Under the pieces are notes generated by a model, which worked only from the letters and a program-made list of their open reading frames with translations, ran no database searches and was not told the DNA's origin. A program made the translations under genes and the position numbers. 64,000 bases of DNA from positions 80,583-144,582 of the forward strand of contig CAXXJS010000031.1 in the NCBI GenBank assembly GCA_963662665.2. Reading direction: 5' to 3'. Shown in pieces: positions 9,482 to 17,484 of the stretch. Position 1 is the first letter of the stretch, and the number at the start of each line of letters is the position of its first letter. This DNA is from Candidatus Latescibacterota bacterium. Its GTDB lineage: Bacteria > Latescibacterota > UBA2968 > GCA-2709665.

Positions 9482-10203
9482 TGACTTCTCTCCACGGGTG
9501 CCAATGGCTTCATCAGAACCGTCCACGTACCTGGCAAGCCGAGAGCATTGGCGCTCTCCGGACAGACCTTCATCGGCCGTAAATCGAGAATCTCGAAAAA
9601 TCCCGCGAGTATTTCTCTAAGCCTATTCTCGGTATAACCGATGCCCGGAGGCATCTGTCCACGTTCGTATATTTCCCAGTCTTCGACGGGTTGACCGCCG
9701 GTCGTGTCGAAACAGGTCATGCCGAAGAATCCGTTCGGGTTTATAGCCTGTCGAACCAATTCGAGATAGTATGGCCTTCGATGCGGCGGAAGATGATGGA
9801 ACAGACCGGCGTCGTACGCAACGTCGTAATGGTTCTCACGCAATGTTACGTCAAAGACCGACCCGACGATGAAATTGGCGCGAACCCCCTCTTCCTCCGC
9901 AATCAAACGCCCTCTCGCGATCGCGACCCGCGACAGATCGATGGCGTCAACCCTGAAACCTGCCTTCGCCAGATAAATCGCGTTCCGACCGATCCCGCAT
10001 CCCAGATCAATGGCGTTACCCGACCTGAGGCGCCCCTGATTAATGTAACCGACCAGATTCTCATCCGGGACGTTCCTCAGAAAAGGCGGCGTCCGCTTTC
10101 CCTCCGTGTAGAAGGACTCCCATTCTACCAATTCAGACGGGGCGGGGTCGAACAATGCCGAGTCTTCTTCAGTTAGAATCGGTTTTCGTGGGATGTCAGC
10201 CAT
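9478..10203 (-). CDS. class I SAM-dependent methyltransferase
   Basis: AIDLGCGIGRNAIYLA, DAIDLS, YDVAYDAGLFHHL. Likely start ATG 10203. Confidence 0.85.
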   Translation of the reverse strand: MADIPRKPILTEEDSALFDPAPSELVEWESFYTEGKRTPPFLRNVPDENLVGYINQGRLRSGNAIDLGCGIGRNAIYLAKAGFRVDAIDLSRVAIARGRLIAEEEGVRANFIVGSVFDVTLRENHYDVAYDAGLFHHLPPHRRPYYLELVRQAINPNGFFGMTCFDTTGGQPVEDWEIYERGQMPPGIGYTENRLREILAGFFEILDLRPMKVCPESANALGLPGTWTVLMKPLAPVERSQ

Positions 10204-10291
10204 CTGAGGCGCTTCGAATCTGTCGGTCGCACCGGCTCGTGGTAGGCGTCCGGAGACGACGTCGTCAATTTGGACGTTAGACAATCTTCGT

Positions 10292-10678
10292 TTATCCGAT
10301 CTTCAAGACGTGATCGATCAGCCTTTCTGTCAGTTCCTGCCTCGACACTTGTCCCGAAGCAACACCCAGGATAACGGTCTTTTGCTCATCCACTTTCGCC
10401 CTGATTTCATGTCCGTTCAGAGCAAGAAACACTTCCATCGCTGCGTGTCCCGATCTCTCATTCCCGTCGACAAAGGGAAGATTTCGAGTCAGAACGAAAC
10501 AGAGGACGGCGGCTTTCTCGATCAGCGTTGGATAGAGATCCCGCCCGGCAAAAGACATTCGGGGGTGCGCGATGGCAGATTCCAATCTGCCCATGTCACG
10601 CAACCCCGGTGCTCCGCCTGACTGATCAACAATACAACCGTGAAGGTCGATCAGTTCGGCCAGAGTAAGAAATCTCAT
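10292..10678 (-). CDS. Doc/Fic family toxin with degenerate active-site motif
   Basis: GLRDMGRLESAIAHP..LYPTLIEKAA. The motif reads NLPFVDGNERSG instead of NHPFVDGNKR. Confidence 0.85.
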   Translation of the reverse strand: MRFLTLAELIDLHGCIVDQSGGAPGLRDMGRLESAIAHPRMSFAGRDLYPTLIEKAAVLCFVLTRNLPFVDGNERSGHAAMEVFLALNGHEIRAKVDEQKTVILGVASGQVSRQELTERLIDHVLKIG

Positions 10679-10873
10679 TAAGTCAGCCTTCTATATAATT
10701 TCTCATTCTTATTCAATACAGGCGTTACTGAAGCATCGAACTCTGCCCGGGGCCTGTCGAGCAGTTCGTCTTACGCTGCCTTCGCAAGTTCCTCCCGGGG
10801 GGATACCCAGTCGTTTTTCGGTTGCATCCAACTCTTGGTTCTGCGATTCCGTAAGATCAAACGAGAGCTTCAT
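10678..10873 (-). pseudogene. disrupted antitoxin of the Doc module
   Basis: MKLSFDLTESQ..RLGIPP, then a 1-nt frameshift to EELAKAA*DELLDRPRAEFDASVTPVLNKNEKLYRRLT. Its TAA overlaps the Doc ATG (TAATG). Confidence 0.75.
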
Positions 10874-11028
10874 TGGATTACCCTCTTGTTTTTGCATATT
10901 GTCGACTTCCGAAATAAAAACGTACACTTGCGTGGTATCCGCTGTACATCCGAGCCGGAAAGAGCAAGTGCAGAATGCAAGGATCATCCGTGCGACTTCG
11001 TAATCTGAGGTTCGTCGCATCGATGATG

Positions 11029-11358
11029 CTACCTGGCGGGGAAGACACGCACCACCTGACCAGGTCGAATTTTCGAAAGCATTCGTTCGAGTTCCGGCAC
11101 GACCTCAATCAGGTCGCCAAGTGCCTCGCTGGATGAACGCAAGACCGCCACGGCCAGGTCGAAATGTCGAACGGGCTGTTGATAAGGCAGATTGTTGTCC
11201 ATCGTAACCAGAACATCGAAATGTCGTTGAGCAAAACGAAGCAATTCGCCGTTTTTCAGTCCCTTCCAGCCCCGGTACTCCACGGTTTCGACCTCGACTT
11301 CCGAACGAAAGTAGAGCCTTAAGCCTACCGGAATATCCTCATCGAGAAGCACCCGCAT
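11029..11358 (-). CDS. DUF5615 (PIN-like) toxin
   Basis: MRVLLDEDIP..GWKGLKNGELL..FDVLVTMDNNL; overlaps the upstream DUF433 gene. Confidence 0.8.
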   Translation of the reverse strand: MRVLLDEDIPVGLRLYFRSEVEVETVEYRGWKGLKNGELLRFAQRHFDVLVTMDNNLPYQQPVRHFDLAVAVLRSSSEALGDLIEVVPELERMLSKIRPGQVVRVFPAR

Positions 11359-11599
11359 TCTGCATCCTCAAGTAATCCAATCCCTCAGTCGAGAGTTCGA
11401 GATATGATTCGATCTGCCATCGCTGTACTGAAGGAAATTCCTTGAGATACCCCTCGATCGAATACCCCCCCTTAAGATAACACACAAGGCTGTCTACAGG
11501 GACCCTCGTACCTGCGAAAACGAGGTCTCCACTGTGGATTTCAGGATCACGTGAAACAACCTTTTCCAGATCTATCGTGTTTCGCTCTCGATGCGCCAT
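11339..11599 (-). CDS. DUF433 antitoxin
   Basis: VSRDPEIHSGDLVFAGTRVPV..GYSIEGYLKEFPSV. Confidence 0.85.
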   Translation of the reverse strand: MAHRERNTIDLEKVVSRDPEIHSGDLVFAGTRVPVDSLVCYLKGGYSIEGYLKEFPSVQRWQIESYLELSTEGLDYLRMQNAGASR

Positions 11600-11935
11600 C
11601 ACGAAATCTCCGGTTTTAGCCACAATCCGAAAAAAACAGCAACACGGCGACGCGACGAAACCCCCTGAAACGGGGCGTAACGGGCGTCAAAAAGGACGTT
11701 TTTTCAGTTCACGTCCAGTGACCTGGTGTATCCTGGTAATCAGAAGTTAAATCACCTTTATCTACTTGCATTTATTCGGTTTTACTTTCCCGAAGAATTA
11801 CGAATCAAGGTTTGTCATCTCAATCGTGAGTCACGTCTGAATTGCCTTGGAAATATACGGTCCGTGGAATCAAGATACAAGGCCCGAGGACATTTATTCC
11901 AAGTGAATTCGGTTCCTCACTCGAAACACGCGGCA

Positions 11936-12670
11936 CTACCAGTGCGAATCCCCAAGATGCCCCTTCAATTCCAGCCCGAGCGCGCCAGCGATTCTTTCTG
12001 CGAAGGCGCGTACGCCGGGCAACTCGGTATAGTTGTGCGAAAACACGAGGACGTTCACCTTTCGGTGTTTCCCGTACACCAGCAGATAGAGATTCGTCTC
12101 CCCCGTGACGTACAGATCGATATCGTATTGCAACGCGTCCCGTAAAAGTGTGGTATAGATACCCGCACCCGTTACCGTGCCTACCCTGCGCACGGGACGG
12201 TTCGCGTCATGCTCTCTACAGGGCTCCTCTTATAGCAATGCGGTCAGTCTCTCGCGCACCGCGGTCAGTGGTACGGATTCGGGGAGTTCGCCCACCCTTC
12301 CCTCCGCATGCTTCAAAACTGCCACCGGTACACAGCCGATCTCCGACAGCAGTGTTGCAGAGGTCCCGAATTCTGCCAGGTCCAGCGGGAGGTGCGCCCA
12401 CACGTGCGTGAGTCCGTTTTCCTTCAAGAGAGATTGGACCTGCTCCCGCTGCTCGAACATGAAATCCCAGGCATCATGATGAGTGACAATAAGGTCCACG
12501 CCTCGATCGGTTGCCGTACGTATCACATCCGGCGTTATTGTGGTCGAGTACCCCGCCGCCGTCGGATGGTCGCAATAGCCGGCAATCCCCCACTCATCCG
12601 GGTGTGCGTCCAGCAATTCCCTGGTAAACAGACCGTCCATTATTTCCCGAATCATGGTTCTGCCCCTCAC
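11936..12670 (-). pseudogene. Nif3-like (YbgI/GTP cyclohydrolase I type 2-like) protein with an in-frame TAA
   Basis: Track ORFs 12230..12670 and 11936..12193 share one frame, separated only by TAA at 12230-12232. Motifs LIVTHH, WAHLPLD, VTGAG, YVTGE, SHNYTE. Confidence 0.8.
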
Positions 12671-12769
12671 CGTTCCGGTCTATACAGAAAGGCGTGCCGT
12701 CATCGCCAATGGGTCCATGGCGGGAAAATCCACACACTTGTGTGTGTGGATTGTGCCAGGCCCCGTACA

Positions 12770-13657
12770 TCACAGGACCATCCACACGCCCCCCACACAG
12801 AGTACCACGCCCCCCACCAGCCGCAGCGTCAGCTTCTCCTTCAGAAAAACGACCGCCATCAACAGACCCATAACCGGTGAGACTGACGCAAGGGTGGCCA
12901 TCTTGGCGGGTCCGATCCGGCTGATCGCCATCAAGTACAGCATGGAACCCGCGCCAACGCCGACGATGCCGCTGGCGCCCACGACAATCAGCGCCCGCCG
13001 GTCGATATCCCGGATACGCATAACCGGACCCGTCCACGCCCTGGCCAGGAAGAGTACCGCGGCGGTGAGCGGCACGCGGACGCTGTTGGCCTGTATGGAC
13101 GTCAGATTCGCAATCGCCGGTTTGAGCATAACCGTACTCAAACCCCAAAGCAGGCAGGCGAACAGCGCCAGGAACATGCCTAGCGCGAGCCTATCGGGAC
13201 GCTCACCGGAGGGCTGCCGGGCCCGGCTCGAAAGAAAGACCACCCCCACCGTAACCAGACAGATCCCGAGAAAGAACTTCCGGCTGAATGGATTGTCCAG
13301 CAGGGCCCACTCGAAGAAAAACGTGGACAGGGGAAACGTCCCCGACAGCGCCATCGCGCGCGACACGCCGATTTCTTTGATCGCCGCCAGGTACATCGTT
13401 TCGCCCATGGCCATTCCGATCAGCAGCCCGCCCACCAGGAGCGCCCACTCCGTTCCGGTTACGTGCTCGTAACTGGAAAGGGGCGGTCCGAAGGGGAGCA
13501 GCGCCCAGAAAAAGACCGTGGCCACGGCGCACCGGATGCCGTTCATCATCGCCGGCGGGATCGCCTGCGACTGCGTGCGGACCATCAGGCTGTTCAGCGC
13601 CCAGACGAACGAGCACGACAGTCCGAAAACCTCGCCGGCAGAGATCGAGAACTCCAA
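12770..13657 (-). CDS. EamA/DMT family transporter
   Basis: About 10 TM in two repeats; YLAAIKEIGVSRA and YLMAISRIGPAK..VFLKEKLT. Confidence 0.88.
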   Translation of the reverse strand: MEFSISAGEVFGLSCSFVWALNSLMVRTQSQAIPPAMMNGIRCAVATVFFWALLPFGPPLSSYEHVTGTEWALLVGGLLIGMAMGETMYLAAIKEIGVSRAMALSGTFPLSTFFFEWALLDNPFSRKFFLGICLVTVGVVFLSSRARQPSGERPDRLALGMFLALFACLLWGLSTVMLKPAIANLTSIQANSVRVPLTAAVLFLARAWTGPVMRIRDIDRRALIVVGASGIVGVGAGSMLYLMAISRIGPAKMATLASVSPVMGLLMAVVFLKEKLTLRLVGGVVLCVGGVWMVL

Positions 13658-13859
13658 TATGAAGCCCCACGCGCGTTCTGAGGGTCAATACACGATTATT
13701 CGGGGGAGGTGATTTCGAGATTCGATGGCCGGTGACAGCCGTTCGGATGGTATGGTGCAAACGCCTGTCTGGGCCTCCGGTTGACAGGTGGAACCCGCGG
13801 TGAAGCGGCGTTCGCGTCTCTTCACAACATCGGCCGGCCGGTGCGCCTGGCTGCAGCGA

Positions 13860-14267
13860 TCAGACTTCGTACTTTCGGCTGACAATGGGTACGCCGGGCT
13901 CGTTGGCGATAACGTAGAAGACCAGGTCGTCGGTGTCGCTGGCGTTCCGGATCCGGTGCCGGGTGCCGGCCGGCTGCATGAAACAGTCTCCGGCGACGGC
14001 TTCGGTGGACTCCCCTTCGCGATCCACCACGGCCCGGCCGGATACGACAATGAAGAACTCCCACATCCGGTCGTGCGAATGCACGGGACACGGACGCGCG
14101 CCCGGGGGAAGACGGGTCAGTTCCACGTCGAATGGATGCGGCGTTTCCGGGGTGTTTCCCATGGCAACGGAGACATGGCGGCGAAATCGTTCGTAGTTTC
14201 CAGTACTCCACGTCCACTTCTGATGTTCTTCAGGCACGTCGTCCAGATTGATTTTCCATGGGGTCAT
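13860..14267 (-). CDS. cupin domain protein
   Basis: LPPGARPCPVHSH..WEFFIVVSG..AGDCFMQPAGTRHRIRN. Confidence 0.88.
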   Translation of the reverse strand: MTPWKINLDDVPEEHQKWTWSTGNYERFRRHVSVAMGNTPETPHPFDVELTRLPPGARPCPVHSHDRMWEFFIVVSGRAVVDREGESTEAVAGDCFMQPAGTRHRIRNASDTDDLVFYVIANEPGVPIVSRKYEV

Positions 14268-14340
14268 GAGTCGCTTGCCTCCTGCTGTGGTTTATTGTTT
14301 TCAATCGGACTGCTCCGAAAACGTGGATCACCGAGCTTAG

Positions 14341-14663
14341 CAGTCCGTTGAAAAAGTCGCTCTGCAGGCGAGGCATGGTGTCCCGTCCCGGAAATATGTC
14401 ACCATTCATCCGCCGATTCATCCCGTCTGGCGGCGTTGCCTTCGCTCGGTGACCCTGGGCAGGTCGCCTGGCTCAGGCGCCTTGCCAGCCGGGCGACTCG
14501 GCAGTCGAATTTCGGCAATCTATTTCCGCGACAGAACACTGCCATTGTGGTCGAAGACAAGGCGCGCGACCGCGTCGAATCGCGGGATTCGGCAAGGGAG
14601 CGCAACGCAGTAATTCGGCCACAAGGGCCGGACGTAGTCCGGATGGACTTTTTCAACGGGCTG
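14341..14663. mobile_element. MITE copy 1 (323 bp) containing a nested inverted-repeat element
   Basis: TIRs CAGTCCGTTGAAAAAGTC / GACTTTTTCAACGGGCTG (17 of 18 match), flanked on both sides by TTAG; no coding capacity; related copies at 35981 and 50962. Confidence 0.8.
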
Positions 14664-14879
14664 TTAGGGCTGGCGTCGGAAGTTTAAGGAAGACAGCGCT
14701 TCAATATCGTCATTCCGTAATGCCTGGGTTGTTCCTCGACGGCGCGTGAGAAATCTCCCTCGGGGATGGTGTTTATGACGTTGTCTGCTGCGGAGGGTGG
14801 GCCGGTAGCAGATATCTGTCGGACGTATCTACCCGTGGCGACGAGGTAGTGGCATTGCCGATAATATTGAGCCTACTAT

Positions 14880-15056
14880 CTATTCTGGCTGACCAACGTA
14901 TTCGACTCGCTTTGGCGGGAGGGTAGTAAACTCCCTCCCGCTGGTTTTTTCTCGCTCCTTAATGTCTCTATATATGGCAGGCAGATCATAGTTGAACTTC
15001 CTGGCATTCGCTTCCCGTATCTTCCTTACTTCCTCCAGAACCGAATCTCGCCTCAT
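14880..15056 (-). CDS. small antitoxin-like protein (58 aa)
   Basis: MRRDSVLEEVRKIREANARKFNYDLPAIYRDIKEREK..LPPKR resembles small proteins usually paired with PIN toxins; AGGAGG RBS upstream. Confidence 0.6.
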   Translation of the reverse strand: MRRDSVLEEVRKIREANARKFNYDLPAIYRDIKEREKTSGREFTTLPPKRVEYVGQPE

Positions 15057-15265
15057 CACGTCATTCCTCCTGTGGTGCCTGGCCACGGATCTCTGCTGCC
15101 CTGTTAGCCGCTGATGAGTGAACTCAGGATCGAAACATTATCCGGGGCTGTACTCATCGGTCTACAATGTCAATATGCCTGATTCCTCTGCGGAGTTTAG
15201 TCAGTAGTCTCTTCGCAAACCGATTGGACCAACTATCCTGGTGTCAGCCAACTCTTCGGCAGACT

Positions 15266-15688
15266 CTAAGAATCCTCCAACCGCTTCAGGAAATCATCTG
15301 GCGTGAGAATCTCAATCCCACGAAAGGGACTCAACGCCAGCAAATCGGCATCACCACTGATGATATGATCTGCTGATCCACTTACAGCCAGTTCGAGGAA
15401 CTTATCATCTTTTGGATCTCGGCAGATCCTGATTTGGGCGCCAGGTTCGATGAATCTTGCACGCCCGACTAACGCTTGAAGGAATTCGTCCCGATCCTTC
15501 TCGGTCACATATCGCAGAAATTTCTCCCGACTCATCACCGCGGCTATTTCCTCTAATGCCGACAGGGATAGCAACACCTGACCGTTTTGAAGCGCATTCC
15601 GAAACGCTTGACCCGGCTTCGAATGCTCAAGAATGAGCGCACTGACAAGCACATTAGTGTCGAAAACATAGCGTGCATTACTGTTCAT
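15266..15688 (-). CDS. PIN-domain toxin (PIN_3 / TIGR00305 type)
   Basis: VFDTNVLVSAL..CRDPKDDKFLELAVSGSADHIISGDADLL..ILTPDDFL. Confidence 0.9.
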   Translation of the reverse strand: MNSNARYVFDTNVLVSALILEHSKPGQAFRNALQNGQVLLSLSALEEIAAVMSREKFLRYVTEKDRDEFLQALVGRARFIEPGAQIRICRDPKDDKFLELAVSGSADHIISGDADLLALSPFRGIEILTPDDFLKRLEDS

Positions 15689-15905
15689 TCAGGATGGACT
15701 CCAGAATCTCTGGTGTCATTCCTCGTTCTCGTGCCTTGCGGCTGATCTCGCTCATAACCACTTCAAGAGGCTTTTCCGCCCGTCCCACGTCGCTAAGCTT
15801 GAGGCTGAGCAGGGCATTCAACTTGCGTTGTTCTACTTCGTTCGCAGTCTCGTAAGCTTGAGCCGCTTCAGTGCTGACACGAATTCGAATAACTCTTGTT
15901 TCCAT
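15678..15905 (-). CDS. putative antitoxin
   Basis: 75 aa ending ISRKARERGMTPEILESIL; overlaps the PIN gene start; GGAG RBS before ATG 15905. Confidence 0.7.
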   Translation of the reverse strand: METRVIRIRVSTEAAQAYETANEVEQRKLNALLSLKLSDVGRAEKPLEVVMSEISRKARERGMTPEILESILNEQ

Positions 15906-16137
15906 ATCGTTCTCCATTTCAATTTTCAACCAGTCGGATCTCAAAATACACAGTTCAAATTTACCCTTACGCTCACCGATCAACAAGGCAAATTCCGAGT
16001 CAACGAATTTTTCCGGTCCATCCAGCGCCGACTGCAAGAGTCCGGGCAAAGGGCGCGTTTGCACAGACTCACTCAACGTTTTGGGAAATTCGGATTCAAG
16101 AAAACAAGGTGACGTGCCGCAACCAGGTACGTAGGTG

Positions 16138-16893
16138 TCAGCCGGATTTCCCGTCCTTCCGCATCAGGAAGCCCGCGTCCCGCCGATCACGGCGATAGGT
16201 TGAACTGTACAGGATCCTGAAACCCGCCGCGGTCAGTTCCTCTCGATAGCCCTTCAGGCTGCGCGGGCGCCCCATCAGAAATACGCTCTTGCCTGGTACG
16301 TTCTGCCAACCGGTTCCCTGTCGCTTTTGAAGAGGAACGCCGGCAGTGTTGGCGCCCGTTTTCCTGGAGAATTCAGCGAACGAATCCACACGACCTTCAA
16401 AGGCCTCGGGGTCGTGAGACCCGAACAGGATGAAATATCCTCCGCCCCGCATGATCCCCATTACGTTTCTGAGATAGCGCTTCCGGTGAGCGTCGACAAC
16501 CAGCATATGGAAGCAATAGCAGTCGACTACGACGTCGAAGCCCCCGTCGGGCAACGTATCCGGATCCAATGCATCCGCGACCCGGAATCCCGCATCTGCG
16601 CCAACTTCGGCAGACCGCTGTCTCGCGCGTTCAACGGCGGCCTCCGAGACGTCGACACCCAGGTACCGATATCCCATCCCGGCCAGGAAGATCCCGACCG
16701 TGCCGTCTCCGCATCCCAGATCCAGTATCCCGGTTTCCGCTGCCGAATGCGGGATTCTGCGAAGCATTCCCTCAAGAGGCTTGAGATCGCCCTTCTGAGA
16801 TGCGCCTTCGCCAAGGTACGTGAATCCTTCCTCATAGGCGACACGATAGTTGTGATCGTACGCCCTATAGTACGACCTGTCGTCAAACTTCAA
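16138..16893 (-). CDS. class I SAM-dependent methyltransferase
   Basis: ILDLGCGDG, GVDVSEAAV, FDVVVDCYCFHML. TTG 16893 after GGGAG is the likely start. Confidence 0.8.
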   Translation of the reverse strand: MKFDDRSYYRAYDHNYRVAYEEGFTYLGEGASQKGDLKPLEGMLRRIPHSAAETGILDLGCGDGTVGIFLAGMGYRYLGVDVSEAAVERARQRSAEVGADAGFRVADALDPDTLPDGGFDVVVDCYCFHMLVVDAHRKRYLRNVMGIMRGGGYFILFGSHDPEAFEGRVDSFAEFSRKTGANTAGVPLQKRQGTGWQNVPGKSVFLMGRPRSLKGYREELTAAGFRILYSSTYRRDRRDAGFLMRKDGKSG

Positions 16894-16907
16894 TTCAACG
16901 CTCCCAT

Positions 16908-17171
16908 CTAATGCGAATACGACGTGGACACGCTCCTGTTCCCTATGATCGCAGACAGGATTCCGAGGAACAATGCCAGCTTCAGGGATGCGAACCATGA
17001 AATCTCACCCGCGACGAGTCCCTGTTCAACGGCGCCGGGGAAGAGATCGGGAATCGTCCACGCCCAGAGGATCTTGATGAGGAACAGCGCGGCGAAGATG
17101 ACCCCTGCCGCCACGAAGAGAAATCCCTGTAACGCCGCTGCCACGCCTGCCGCAATCCAACCCTTTTTCAT
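16908..17171 (-). CDS. small membrane protein
   Basis: 87 aa, two hydrophobic segments around LWAWTIPDLFPGAV; GGAG RBS. Confidence 0.65.
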   Translation of the reverse strand: MKKGWIAAGVAAALQGFLFVAAGVIFAALFLIKILWAWTIPDLFPGAVEQGLVAGEISWFASLKLALFLGILSAIIGNRSVSTSYSH

Positions 17172-17355
17172 ATTCGTCTCCGTTTTAATTGGCATACGCC
17201 GATAATGGTTGACGAATCCCTTTTCGAAACCGCCCATCCCATCTTCGCGCAACTTCGGCACGAATCAACCGTTGGCAGGTCGATCCTGCCATCTGTTCAT
17301 TCCTTTCAACGTTTGCTCGTCGGTGTCCGCTGATTCCTGCTCTTGTATTATACAC

Positions 17356-17385
17356 AAAAACGACCTCGATCGAGGCCGCTTTTTT
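17356..17385 (-). terminator. intrinsic terminator downstream of the GH106-like gene
   Basis: Minus strand reads GCGGCCTC-GATC-GAGGTCGT-TTTT (8-bp stem with G-U pairs, then a U tract). Confidence 0.6.
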
Positions 17386-17484
17386 CTTTCATTATATGTT
17401 GGATCCGACTGTGGCGATGGGGCCCGACGGCGCGTCATGTTACTCCGCTGACGGAGTCGGTTCCCGCCGCCTAGCGTTACGATC

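Noticed and set aside
12230-12232. Sec or Pyl recoding in the Nif3-like gene
   Set aside because: The codon is TAA.
14230-14687. Track ORFs over MITE copy 1 (also 35988..36176 over copy 2)
   Set aside because: Their shared SGPCGR peptide comes from the repeat DNA; there are no transposase motifs.
7421-17171. Integron or CALIN cassette array
   Set aside because: Only isolated core-like heptamers were found on the minus strand (GTCTAAC near 10280, GGCTAAC near 15105). I found no complete attC site, no repeated spacing and no integrase.
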